Assembly: GCA_964252035.1 (NCBI GenBank)
Contig: OZ176205.1
Source: Podarcis erhardii
Lineage: Eukaryota
Reading direction: 5' to 3' (one strand)
Length of the DNA stretch: 64,000 bases
A model generated the notes under the pieces. It worked only from the letters and a program-made list of their open reading frames with translations. It was not told the origin of the DNA and searched no databases. Both the position numbers and the translations under genes were made by a program. Shown here in pieces: positions 46,793 to 59,320 of this stretch; position 1 is the first letter of the stretch, and every line of letters starts with the position of its first letter.

Positions 46793-48246
46793 AGAACCAA
46801 GAACTAGAGCAAGCTTAAGGACTACTGGACTTTACTGAGGTTCAAGGAAGTGGATACTACTTAATGTGTTGTATTCAGTGCTTGTCCTACTTAGAGCTGA
46901 CCCACTGCCATTAAGGAGCCTGTCAGTCTTGTCCAGTAACTTCAATGGGTCTACTCCTGAGTAGGATTAACACTGGATACAACTCTATTATTTTTTAAAT
47001 TACCTGGGCAGAGAACTTGGAAATTTCCCCTCTGCCACAAACATGAGTCAACTCTTATAGGCTCTGAGCCAGAAGACTCCTCTTCATGAGTAATTTGGAA
47101 CACTCAAACAGCTCTCAGAGCAAACAAACACCTGAAACTGGGGGTGGTGATTTTAAGCAGCTGAATGGCCCTTGGGAAAAGCTTTAGGCACCCCTCCCAT
47201 GATCTACCGTTCTCAAGTCCCCATCCCAATCCATCCCAAAGCACTATCTTATTACTTTAAATTGAATTTGTGGTAGTGTTGCATGCATTTGTGTTTAACT
47301 TCTAATTAGTCGTAGGGCTGTGCCAAATGTCTGTTCCAAAGCATAGTGCTTTCAGTGGACCTGTAAATGCACTTTTAAAATAATAATAATAAAAAAGCTT
47401 TTCACAACATTGCTAGAAAATAGTGCAAAAGAAGCAGCCAAACCCACTAGCTGTGTATGTTTCTCCAGTCCTCCCCCCCCCCCCCGAGCCCATGAGCTGT
47501 AAAAAGGCCCAGCAGTGCAGTGCGCCTTTGCGAGGCGACAGCAGTCTGTGGAATCTGCTTTTCCCTGAGCCCGTGGATGGCTCTCCAACTCACGGAGAGC
47601 TGGCCATATCTCTTGGTTGCCATGAACGAATACTGCTTCCACCAACACACATTCTGGTGGTGTGCCAAAATAGCAGCTTTTGCCCACAAATATGTAAGAC
47701 AGTCGACATTTGGGTAGCCATAGCAGGCTGCAAAAAACTGAAAAGAAACGTAACAACCTGAGCAGTGAAGTGAATCCCACCTGAGAGGCACCTGCCTTCC
47801 TCTTACAGGAGGGAGCACTATAGTATACTTCTACAGATCTGCTGGTACTCATGAAAGCCTTCCTCCATTTTTCCTATTCACATGGGCGCACACACAGAGC
47901 TTTCAATTCCTCGTGTGCCCAGATACTAACAGCCTGTAAAGTAGGAATGGAAACCTGTAGTCTAGCAACATCTGGAGAGCTACAAGTCCCATCATGCCGA
48001 CTATTAGCCCTGCTGGCTAATAGTCCCATTAACATCTGGGGGCTGCAGATTCCAGATTGCCCACACCTGTTAAGAGGCTTCTACACTCATTTGTTTATAG
48101 AAAATGAGCTTATCTATGAACATGGCACATTAGCACGTTCTCCTTAATCAGGTCTAGCTGGAATATTGAGGAAACTCTTGCAGAAACAGTAAAGAAGAGG
48201 CTGGCTCCTCTCTCCCCAAGACACCTTCCTGCCCAAAGATCCTCAC

Positions 48247-48964
48247 CTGAATTTGCTGCCCCATGGAACAGGAGGGGCGCAACTCTCGGCCGGGCCCGCT
48301 GCGCATGCGAAAGGCCCCTTGTCTGTCCAGGGAATGTGGCCGCGCATTACGCAGCCGAGTCCGTTCGTGCCACGATTTTAGCTCTTCTGTCACGGCCGAC
48401 TTGGAGAGGACTCGGGGCCCCATCGGGGAGCAGTCCTTCAGAGATGGGGTGCGCACCACCCTGCTGTGGGAAACAACCGACCGGTGAAACCGCACAGGCA
48501 CCGCCTCTTCCTTGTAGGCAAAATGGGCGGAGCTTACGGACAGGAAGGGCGGCCGGCTGTGGCCAAGCTCCCGCCCAGCCAGCAGGTGATTGTCATATTC
48601 TACGGCAGAGAAGTAGCCCAGCGGTGAGAGCAGCTTCTGAGGACACTGGCAGTGGTATTCGGGTCCGTTCCCCTTGGAGGTCTGGTTCTGGAATGGCTGC
48701 AGGGGCTCCTCCACGGGGACCGAGGAGCTTGGCTTCAGGAAGGAGATGTCAGGGCTGCTGCTACCGGCAGAGGTGGCATAGGAGATGCTGGAGACATCCG
48801 AATTGCTGTCTTCTGAGGCGGAGTGGTAGGTGGGCTTGGCGGCTGGGTTGGCCTTGGGCACAGAGAAGCAGTACTCGGGGACAGTGACAGTGTAGTAGGT
48901 GGGACGCCGCCTTGGCAATGCGCTTCTTCCGCGGGACTCGAAGCCTTCCCGGGATGAACACACC
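48247..48964 (-). CDS. INAVA: INAVA large coding exon
   Basis: ccag|G GTG TGT...ATT CAG|gtgagg; 718 nt; RGRSALPRRRPTYYTVTVP, SEDSNSDVSSIS, VRTPSLKD, RPHSLDRQGAF. Confidence 0.94.
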
Positions 48965-49786
48965 CTGGAGGCCAGAAGGAGAGAGTTAAGACCATCTATC
49001 AGGAGCTCACAATGGCCACCTTAACGCCTTTGAAGCACTTCCCCCTAAGGATTATGGGAGGTTCAGCACACTGAGAGTCGTTAGGAGGCCCCCTTCCCTT
49101 CACACAGCTACAGTTCTTAGAGTTCCCTACAAGGAAGGGTTGATTGTTAAATCCAGGACTTTTTCCATCCGGAACTCAGTGCTGGCACCTCTCAGGTGGG
49201 CGCCATTGCCGTTATAAGAGAACAAGGGAGGAGTTTAGAAAAAACAGCACTGGTTAAACCACTCTAGGAATTGCCAGGAGAACTCCAAGAACATTATGTC
49301 AGATGTGGGGAGGAGAAAGGAGAAATGCTTACACTGCCCCAGCAATCTCCTTAGAGCTACTTTGCATTATTATATGCTTCCTTTGTATAGTTTATTCTGC
49401 ACACAGTTGGAAAAGGAGGGTCATGAAACAATGCAGGGCACTGAAGCCCCTACCCTTAACTGCTGGAAACCCTGTTTGCCCCTCCTCTAGCTTCCAACAT
49501 TTCCCCAAACATTGCTCATTTGCCTTCAAGCCTATTTTCATAGCTAGGAGAACTAGAAAACCCCTTTTTTCAAAATAACAACAACAACAACAACAAAAAA
49601 TAACTGAGAGCTGAGATTCCCAAAAATTTAAAATTTTGCATTTGTGAGGCCTGATAATAGAAGCAAAACGTACACATAGCCTCACCCCAAGGTGTCTGAC
49701 ATGTTCAAACTTCAAAGAGTGATTAGGTAACAACAGGCAGGGCCACCTGCTTGAGTACATGAATTGACCCTAAGTCCATAGAGTAC

Positions 49787-49960
49787 CTCATGAGTTGAGG
49801 TTGTCCTCTCCTTCCCAGGAACTCAGGTGTCTGTGGGGCACTGGAACCAGCCTGTTTCCTTACTTCCAGCTTCCTGGGAGGAACAAAGTGGCATGGCGAT
49901 GCCTCAGCACTCGTCTGAGGGGTACGGCTGGGTGAGGGTTGAGACAGCAGGCCTGGACTG
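49787..49960 (-). CDS. INAVA: INAVA coding exon
   Basis: acag|C AGT CCA...ATG AG|gtactc; 174 nt; SSAPQTPEFLGRRGQPQLM, versus human TSAPATPEIQGRRGQSQSL; NAGNAG acceptor. Confidence 0.85.
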
Positions 49961-50492
49961 CTGTAACAGAACACAATAAGAACATCAAGTAAGAAGCTGT
50001 CTGCAGTCCTGTCATCTTTCTTTGTGTGCAAAGGAGTGAGAGGCTCTGGTCAGGGGTCAAATCCCCCTCCCTTTCATCTTCCCTAAGAGTGAAAAACAGG
50101 AGTAAAAAGAGAAAGCAAGACTCAAGTGGGTCTACAAAGCCCACTGTTCTGGCTTAGTTAATTGGACTACTAAGTTTCTAGGTCAGGGGTTCTCAAAGGA
50201 CACTTTCCCCAATGCAATTGTGAAGCCTACATTGGCTGGGATTTACATGCAATTTCATTTCATGTTATTAAATTAAGCAACTTTAAGGTGGATTTGTGGA
50301 AATAAAAAAATGGAAACATTGCACAATCACACTAAAGCAGCAAAACAATACAATGCTTATTGTTCTTAAAACGAAGTAATGGACATACACTACAGTAGCT
50401 TCCATATTAACTGCATGCAAATAACCATTAACAGAGGCCATGCAGGCATATCCGAAGAAGAGCAAGAAAAGAGAGAGAATAAAGGTCTTGAC

Positions 50493-50727
50493 CTTGGCAC
50501 ACTGCTGGGCTCAGTGGATTTCTTTGGCTTTTCATAGGGCTTGTCCAGACTGGTCTCTTTCCATGGGCTGTTTTGGATGGGAGAGCACTCCACGTCAGTG
50601 GCTTGGTAGTGGGTTTGCCCTTCTAGTAACGCAGAACGCAGAGGCTGAGCCGAAGAACCGGGCGGGGGTTGGAGGCGAGCTGAAGCTGTGAGCATTGGCG
50701 GAAGATGGATGCTCAGCACCTGGGATT
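50493..50727 (-). CDS. INAVA: INAVA coding exon (contains the PYEK motif)
   Basis: gaag|AA TCC CAG...CCA AG|gtcaag; 235 nt; ESQV...SPIQNSPWKETSLDKPYEKPKKS; donor is weak but phase-compatible. Confidence 0.85.
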
Positions 50728-50796
50728 CTTCAGAAAAGGAAAAGGAAAGAACTGCAGAATTCAACACTAAAACCTGGGTGGTAGCATTATCTACTG

Positions 50797-51065
50797 AGTT
50801 ACATTCAAGGTGCTGGAACTGGTGTACAAATCCCCATGCATCTTGGGACCAGGGTACCTAAAATATCATCTCACCCCTTACATACCCACTCAATCACTGC
50901 ACTCTGCAGGTGAGGGCCTCCTGCAAATACCATATTATAATGGGGTCAACCCTGCACAATACAGGAATCGGGCCTTTAGTGTGCTGGAATCTGCCCCTTG
51001 GAATTCCCTCTGTTGTGTTTTCAGCACCTGCTGAAGACTTTCCAGTTCCAACAAGCCATTTAAAT
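50797..51065 (+). mobile_element. L2 LINE 3' fragment
   Basis: TTCAAGGTGCTG...GGACCAGGGTACCT...GGGCCTTTAGTGTG...TGGAATTCCCTC (FKVL...LGPGYL...RAFSV...WNSL). Confidence 0.7.
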
Positions 51066-51701
51066 GGAGGACTTCGTCCCAAACTGCATCTGTACTGGAA
51101 CTACTTTTAACAGTTTTCATATTTGTAATTGTAATTGTTTTATGTATGGAACTGTTTTTAACTGTTTTACACTTTTCTTGTTTTATAGTTGTGACTATTT
51201 TGCTTGTTTCAAAACTGTTTATTTTATTGCTGTAGTCTACCCTGGCACCTTATAGTAAAAGGCAAGTAAGATATCTAATAATAGATTTTTTAAAAAGCAT
51301 GAATAACCACTGACTTAGGCTATATCATTCAAAATATACCAAATCACTTATCACAGACTCTCATCATCCTCTAGATTAAACCAAAACAGGATGTTGAATT
51401 TAGCAGATATCCACAGTCATAAAAGACCCACTTATCGGTCACCTTTGTACTTGAATCTTTTGAAAATTTAGATGAGATCCATTCACTAACTCTCTTCTCT
51501 GCCTTACAAGTCCAGCTGGCTGCTGTGGCCTAATTCTTAGTCATGTGGTATGAATCAAGGCCAAACCTCGACAAGATGTCAGAGAGCAGTGATCAGATAC
51601 AGTTTGTCTCTTCAAAGGCTTAACTACCACTTTACGCTAGGTGAAGGAAAGTCACAAGCACATGGTAATGACAGTGCAGAGATCACAATTATCTAGTTTA
51701 C

Positions 51702-51755
51702 CTTCTTCTACTGCAACAGCATCCAACAAGGAGTTCTCATCAGAGGCACTGAACC
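51702..51755 (-). CDS. INAVA: INAVA 54-nt coding exon (not in the ORF track)
   Basis: ccag|GG TTC AGT GCC...GAA G|gtaaac; FSASDENSLLDAVAVEE, versus human LSASDDSSLSDGLLLEE. Confidence 0.88.
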
Positions 51756-52544
51756 CTGGTGAAGACACAAGAATTGGCACGGACAAGGAGGAACAATGAT
51801 CAGATTTTCAAGCAGTTATTAGAACCCTCTGATGCTCCCTAGAAATATGTGCTCATAAATCCCACTGAGCTTCTAGAAGGGGGAAATAAAAGCTCCCTCT
51901 CCCTTCTTAGTTCTGAGCTAATTCCCAGAGCCTCAAACCACATCATTCAAAGCCCTGCATTCACACACACTTAAGCTCCTCAAAGAGATATTCCCTGATG
52001 CAGTGAATTAATAGTAATCGGGGGGATTTAGAGTCACATTTTGGGAATCTTCTTCCCACACAGGCAAAACACTTAATTATGAATTAATATTTTAAAAATT
52101 CTTTCACTCTTCAAATGCAGTATGGATGCTATAAACTGGCCATAATCCAGTGCAGAGTTAAGTGCCCTCAAGCTGATTGATTTTTGGAGGCCTTAAGCAT
52201 GCTTAACTCTGTGTTGAAATGTAGCTGCCAGCCACTGAGTTTCTTTTACTGCCTGCCCCCAGGCGATTCTGTGGCCAAGGGAGGGTCAGATGGCCTCATT
52301 CAGAAGCTGAGACCTCTTGCCCAATCTGCCTAGACATCTCGTCCATCAGCAGGGCAGCTGTGGGATTCCTCAGGCAAGCGGCAGAGGAGGGAAGCAGCAA
52401 TTTCTCACATGCAAACATGCATCTTCCTTCAGTCTTGCACAAAAAACGCTGGACAGAGAATATAAGCAACCACCCACCCACACCAGTGGACCTGTTATCA
52501 TCAATATAGATGCTTCCTTAATGGAATACCTGTGCAAGAATTAT

Positions 52545-52940
52545 CAGAATGTAAGACGAGTCTGCTGGATCGGGCCAGTGGCCAATGGCTCACCTTGTCC
52601 AGCATCCTGTTCTCACGGTGGCCAACCAGACACACAAGGGAAGCCTGCAAGCCAGAACATGAGCAGCCTGCCCACCTGTGGGTCCCAGGAACTGGTATTC
52701 AGAGTCATGGTGCCTCTGACAGTAGAGGCAGAAAATAGCAACCATGGCTAGATAGCCTTGCCCTTTACGAATTTGTCCAGTCCTCTAACAAAGCCATCCA
52801 AGCTGGGGGCCATTACTGCCTCCTGTTGAAGCAAATTCCATAGTTTAACGATGCACTGTGTGAAGTGCAGTGCATGGTCCTTCATCTTCCAATATTCAGC
52901 TTCACTGAGTGCCTGCAGTTTCTAGTGTTATGAGAGAGGA
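52545..52940 (-). mobile_element. CR1 LINE 3' fragment
   Basis: GTCCAGCATCCTGTTCTCACGGTGGCCAACCAG...AAAGCCATCCAAG...AAATTCCATAGTTTAACGATGCACTGTGTGAAG (reverse strand encodes the RT C-terminal KLWNLL-type motif). Confidence 0.7.
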
Positions 52941-53616
52941 TCTATAGGTCAGGTGCGGGGTAGAGTGAGCATTACAATGCCATCCTCTGCATGCTTATTT
53001 CCCGTTGCGTCCCATGCAGCAAACTTCCCCACGGCCCTATAAAACCAAGAGATTTGGATCCAGAGCTATCTAACTTTCTACGCCTTCCTAAGGGTTAATC
53101 TGGCACTGCAGGTCTTTGCGTCATTCGCTGCAGGTTTCTACATGCTTCCTCCTCCAGCTGGCTCTCCCTGTTCTTTATTGAGCTCACTTTGGCAACCGCT
53201 GACAGAAAACTGCAGTTTGCGTAGATTACAGGGGCAGGAAGAAGCCATAAAAGGCCAGTTTCCTCCCTTGAACTGGGATGAATTCCAACTAAACCACGCC
53301 TGTCAGAAGCCTGTCTGACCTACTTCTGATTTCTAGGGACAGATATTTAATCCCAGACTCTGTCTTCATTTCCTGACAACTCAAGGTTTTTTTTTTTAAT
53401 TAATAAACCCTCTTCCTTATACTTACTCATTTCAATTTATCACCATTCAATTTTGTCCTGCTGTACAGTGGCCACAAAGAACAATTTTACTATACCTCCC
53501 TTTGTATATTTTTATCGTCATTATCACCACACGCAAAGGACCCATTTCTCAGACTTGCCTCTCTAGGCCTTTGCATTGATCTCAAGGCCACTGTGGGATG
53601 CTGAGCTCCAGCTCAC

Positions 53617-53845
53617 CTTGTAAGGCTGGCGCACTGGCCCTCAGCTGTGACGAATGCCTGGCTGCCTGGCGGCACTCTGTGACAGACTGCTCCAGCTCCT
53701 TCAGCTTCTTTTCCTCCTTCAGCACAGCACTTTTGCGGCGCTTCCGAACCTGCTTGGTGAGATTCTCTTCCCTGGACAGACATCGCGCTGCTTCAGCAAT
53801 TTGCAGCTGCAGAGCTAGGTCTCTCTCCAACATGCTCAGAGGATC
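53617..53845 (-). CDS. INAVA: INAVA coding exon (CUPID/DUF3338 domain)
   Basis: gcag|GAT CCT CTG...CAA G|gtgagc; 229 nt; DPLSMLERDLALQLQIAEAARCLSREENL...EEKKLKEL. Confidence 0.94.
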
Positions 53846-53976
53846 CTGCGGCGGAGAACAGACATGGATTCCAAACTATGAAACTCTTCGGAAAGGACGG
53901 AGCGACCCAGCATTTCAAAAGGAGGCACACGAGGACTAAAGTGGCAGAATCCAAAATCATAGCAATGGAGAAGCCC

Positions 53977-54290
53977 GGGGAAGGGCTGTACAGCTCAGTG
54001 GAAGAGCTTGCAAGAGATCCTAGGTTCAATTTCCAGCATCTTCAGCTAGGGCTGGGAAAGTCTGCTGCCTGCCAGTTTGTAATAGACCAGGATTTCCCAA
54101 ACTTGGGTCTCCAGCTGTTTTTGGACTACAACTCCCATAATCCCTAGCTAGCAGGACCAGTGGTCAGGGATAATGGGAACTGTAGTCCAAAAACAGCTAG
54201 AGACCCAATTTTGAGAAACACAGGTGTAGACAATACTGAACTAAATGGACCAATAGTCCGATTGGGCATTAGGCAGCTTCTTGTATTTCT
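53977..54290 (+). mobile_element. tRNA-derived squamate SINE (Squam3-like) interrupted by a MITE
   Basis: A-box-like AGCTCAGTGG, B-box-like GGTTCAATTTCC, body GGGCTGGG...GTGTAGACAATACTGA...GGCAGCTTC. Confidence 0.7.
54088..54223. mobile_element. hAT palindromic MITE nested in a SINE
   Basis: same GGACTACAACTCCCA...GGACCAGTGGTCAGGG core as 36514-36649; flanks TAATAGAC/GTGTAGAC. Confidence 0.75.
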
Positions 54291-56087
54291 AGGGCACTCT
54301 TGACAGCTGGATGCTTCCAAGACATTACTACCATCACCCCATCCTCTGCTTCAGCTCATAAATCATAGGCTCCTTTCTTACGTCCTTTGGTAGATCAAAT
54401 CAGATATTGAGTATGACTTTCACGCATCTCCCAGTTACATTCCATGTGCATTCTAGAGTGGTCGGATGAAAAGATAGCAGGGTTCTTGCACTTTTAATAG
54501 CTGCATAGAAGTGGGAACCTCAGTAAATTTAGCTTGCATGACACCAGCTGCAATTCAACTATTAAAAGCACATGAGCCCAATTGTCTTCTTTTACATCTG
54601 AGCACCCCAGTGCATTCAACTAGTGTAGAAAGGCATCACAGGCTGAACTAAATCTTCCTGTCTCACTCACAGTCAGGATAATTAAATAACAATAGACGGG
54701 TGATTTCCCACTCCTTCAATGCCTGCTTATGAGCAGAATGGAGATTCTAATCCAGTTTAGGGATTTGCAAATCCTGAGCCAGGGATGGTAATTATTCTGG
54801 ATTTAAGAAATCCGCAGGGGTGTGTTCTTCTGTATGAGCCATAGGACTGATGTCCTGGGCCCAGTTCCCAGCTGTCTGCCCTGCCCAGGCTTCTGGAAGG
54901 AGGAAAACTATCCACAGACTAAGTGGAAATGTTCTATGTTTCTGGGGCAAGAGCTTCCTAATGGCTGGGGAAAGGGAGCAAAAAGGACGGTCAGTAGGCA
55001 ACATTCGGCAAGGTGAAGGTGAAAGGAAAAGCTTTCCAAAGTTACGCTAAGCGTGTGTGTGAGAGAGAGAGAGAGAAGCTATGGTAAGCAAGAACACTTG
55101 TACAAAACACACACACACACACAATTGCACTTGGAGCCCAACCCTGTGCCACCCACTATGGGCACACAGCAAAAAAATAATAAGCAGCACCACACCTAGG
55201 CCGCCTCCTACTAAGATGATTATTAAAACAGACGACAGGGGAGAGAAAGAGAGAGTGAGACTGCATAGCTGAAGAGTCAACAGATCCCACACCTTTGATG
55301 GAAATGAGGCCTAACTCCCTCTGTGTGTTTGGAGCCTGAAGCGTCTCTGTCCCTTTGGGAGTTTCTAACAGGATGCTGAACCCGAACAACCTCATCATTC
55401 CCAAAAGTCCTCTTTTAGCTGACAGCTGCTTCCTCGCACTGTATCGTCTTCAGTGGGAATTCACAGCATAATCCTAATGCAAGGCATCCCTCCTCAACAA
55501 AGAAACGTGTTTGGCTTTTTCCTGGATTAGTTTAACTTGGTTTCAAAAATGGTGAAAACAAACAAATAAAAAATTCCCCACTTCTATAAAGGCTGCCTGC
55601 CTGTTAAGAACTGAGGGTTTATGTAGACAATTGGTGAAAGGGATTACAGATGGAAAATTACATGGGTATGTACATGCCCTCACCAGGGGGAAACTTGCTT
55701 TTCGCCCTCTTGCACCTGACACAGAGAACTCTTTTACTGTGCAAATTGAAATTGCGTGGCTTTTTGTTATCTCTGCTGTAAAGGCTCTCAGAAGAAACCA
55801 GTTTGATTCTCAGTGAGGTGGTTTGCTGGCGATTGCCAGTATAGAGGGAAAGTTGCTTTTGAATTACAGCTTCATCTGCCAGGGAAAAAAATGGTCTAGT
55901 GACTCTAGTATTAGCAGCATAACCTTTTTCTTCCCATCTCATCCTGGACACTTCTGTGCTCACAGCAAGGGTTGCCATGACAGCTGATAGTGACTCCCAC
56001 CACAAGCAGATTTCCAAGCAGTGCCCTGGATAATCAGAAATGTTGTTTCTGCCCATATTCCCTAAACACCTCAGCAAGATTCCTTAC

Positions 56088-56210
56088 CACTCCTCTGGAG
56101 AGAAAGGCCTTCTCATCCAATCTGAAAGCAGCACCAATTCGACGTCGGACCTTTGGGGCCACTTCTCCTGGTTTCAGAGGATACTCTGAAGGAAGCAATC
56201 CTGTCAGTTC
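56088..56210 (-). CDS. INAVA: INAVA coding exon (CUPID/DUF3338 domain)
   Basis: acag|GAA CTG ACA...GGA GTG|gtaagg; 123 nt; [32 protein letters not shown]. Confidence 0.95.
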
Positions 56211-56855
56211 CTGTCAAGAAAACAGCAAAGGGAAGGTTCAGTTCCTAGAACTGTGTACTTTCAGTCACACCCTGGGTCTTCAGAGCAGCTTACAAAATAC
56301 CTGTCTATCAATCTCTCTCTCTAAATAAGATCTCATGCCATTATTTTGTTAGCTTGGCAGCTTCTTCTATTTCCTGAGTGTCCCATGACATCAAGTTAAC
56401 CTCAGGCACAGAAGACAGCCATAGATAGATGCCACACAAAATAACCAGGCCTGAGTTCATTCCAAACCAAAGCTGCTTTTTTTTAAGTGCAGCCAGATCC
56501 AAAATGGACAATTACTGGGTGGGGGGAGGTGGGCAGTTCAAAAATTCAAATCATGCAAAAGTTGTATTACGTTAGGTGATGAAAAAAGTGACTGATAAAA
56601 ATGTGAAAAGTAATTTAAGTCCAGACTCCCGCAGACCAGGTCCTGTTCAATCATACCCATTTCTCTTCCCTTTGCCAAAGACATGCCCCACACTCCGCTG
56701 CTAGCTGGGAGTTCAAGATGCCTCTTGTGTGAAGTTTGACTATAACACTCTTCTGCATTAGTGCTGCCAGATTCCCAGTTCTGGGGATTTTCTCCCACTC
56801 TTTGTAGGCTTCCAAATGTCATGAAATGTGTCGCTAAGCAAGAAAGTATGTATGC

Positions 56856-56862
56856 ACACACG

Positions 56863-56908
<46 letters not shown>
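56856..56908 (+). repeat. (CA)n microsatellite
   Basis: about 25 CA units with two CG interruptions. Confidence 0.9.
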
Positions 56909-56911
<3 letters not shown>

Positions 56912-57786
56912 GATGCACAGGTGTGTTGTAGCAGTGTGTGCTTTGTGCTCAATTAAAATGGCAAACCACTGGGCAGCTCTAAATTTCCCTTTAAAAATAT
57001 TTCCCCTAAACTTATTTACAAATTCAATTATTTCCAGTGCCTCCCTGAAAACTAATGGCAAGGCACATGAAGAGGTAGTGTTAGATCGGAAATAGACTGG
57101 GGAAGTAATAGAAAGTTCCGGAAAATATTCCCTAAAACATTCAAGAGAGCAAGGTACAGTTCTGGTGTCCTGCAAAACCAACCAACCAAACAAAAACCCA
57201 TTTGTTTTGTACTCTTTTAACTGAGGGTAATAGCAATAGGCTAGAAAGGGTAGTTTATTGTTTTAATTATTTTCTCCTTGGTGCATTAAAATACCACAAC
57301 TAATAGTGGTTGGTTTGATGGGTTGGTTCTGATCCAGGGGGCCCAGAACATTTTCTCTGGAAGAAACTTCCACGTTCAATTTTTAACTATTTGCGGTATC
57401 TCAGGTCAGGAGGGAAAAGTTACCTAATCAGATTCACTTGCAGCATATGGCTAGGCTCGCTTAATTAAGCTTGTTAATTATGGGTTGCTTTAGAAGTTAA
57501 CGTCTTGAATAATGCAGGAGCAACTCTCCAATGGGGAAAGTGTTCTTGATACAGTCTTTGCCCTTTCTTTGCCCCCAGATATTTTCTCCTAGTACTACCT
57601 TTGGGTTACATTGCCCCTCCCTCGTATCTGAATGTCTTTGATCTCTGAGGAAAGCCTCTCCAGTTTCTGTGAGCGTCCGAGTCCAAAGAACTACAGCCCT
57701 TAAAGATGGGCCCTCTTTACTTTAGCCGGACACCTCATGCAGCCCAAAGGGTGTGTGGCAACCTTGCAGACTTCCTGGCCCCTTAC

Positions 57787-57911
57787 CGCTTCACGCAAAC
57801 ACAGCCTTCGCAGCTCCTGCACACAGGCCTCTAGTCGCTCCTCCAGCGCCTTCTGCTGCTTCCTCATAGCTTGCGTCAGATCCTTCATTGGAGACATGGG
57901 GCTGTCTAGTC
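57787..57911 (-). CDS. INAVA: INAVA coding exon (CUPID domain start)
   Basis: ccag|GA CTA GAC AGC...GAA GCG|gtaagg; 125 nt; DSPMSPMKDLTQAMRKQQKALEERLEACVQELRRLCLREA. Confidence 0.95.
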
Positions 57912-59320
57912 CTGGAAGGGTTGAGACAGACACAGACTGATGACCTGTCAGGTGCTCCGGGCGGGAAGGGAAGCAGCAATATTTAATGACCCATACAGAG
58001 ATGCCCTTGGGCAACTTTCTGGAGCCAGCTGCAGGTCTTGCGAATGCATCTTAAAGACCGGTGTCATTAGCAGTTATCATAAAAATGGCATGGGACATCA
58101 AAGGAGAGGCTGTCCTGAAAGCTCATCAGGTGGAGTATGGAATGTGTACAACAGCCAGGACTGATTAGCTCCTACTTCCAAGCTGCAAGCACCTCAAGGT
58201 CATCGCAGATCAGATAAGGAGGAGACTCCATGCTGATATTCCTGATCATTAAGTTTATTACAGAACTAAGCAAACAGATTTGCTGCTCTGCTCACAGACC
58301 GGAACAAAAAGGAGTCTTTGATATTTGTAAGCCTTAAGACAGCAGTTCCAGAAGATTTTAGCTCATGCTGCTTCTTCCACAGATCAGAGGCATTCAGCCA
58401 GATTGTTGACTCCTCACAAGCCACATAAAGGTCAGATCTCAACCCACACTAGCTCATTCATACAGGACAATAGGAGGCCATTCCCTCATAAGTGTAGGGG
58501 TGGGTGCAGGGTTGTGTGAAACCATACAACACTTTCTGAGTGGTGATGGTAGAAGAAACGTCTCCAGTTTAGAACTAACTTGCTAAACTGGGAGCAGTTT
58601 CTATTCAGATGTGCCCTGAGATATCAAATAAGCACTTGGGGTTGCAAAAGGAATCAGACTAAGAAGTGGATGCTGAACTCGCTTATTATTTTGTTTGTCT
58701 GGATCCCCCGCTGCAACTCTTGCTTAGAGCTGCCATGCACTATAGATCCCAAAGTAGCGCTGTTCACTGGCATGAGCCCACCCTATGAAAAAAAGATTAC
58801 CATTCCTTGTCTGTACACACAGATAGTTCAAAACCATTAAGAGATGCATTATATGCCATAGTTTCCTACATGAGAGAGAATCTTGTTGTATATACAACAT
58901 TGCATCTTAAGTGTGGCCTGATTATTTACTTCTACCACAAGTATGTTGTTCAGCACTTTTACGCTAATTGTTCATGGAAGCTGTTTCTAAAGTTTATATA
59001 TAACTAAGTAAGTACAACGATCAGGTATTACTCATGCAGAAAGTATGCCACATACCGGGCAGCCGAAGGATTTTAGTGAAATAGTCTCCTACGGAGTTTT
59101 CAGTAGGAATTACGTCCACTTTGCAACACCCCAGATGGTATTCAACTAAGTTTTACTCAGAGTAATACCAATGAAATCAATAAGCATGACTAAGTTAGGT
59201 CCATTAATTTCAATGGGTCTACCCTGAGTAAGTTGAACACTACCTTCTGCCTGTATTTCAATGCTACTAATGTTTTTTGAAAAGAAATCTTTTATGATGA
59301 GGAACCAGTTATATTGCAAG

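Noticed and set aside
48263-48995. Overlapping ORFs 48336-48887(+), 48263-48487(+) and 48735-48995(-) as separate genes
   Set aside because: They are shadow frames of the GC-rich INAVA exon, with no independent splice or homology evidence.
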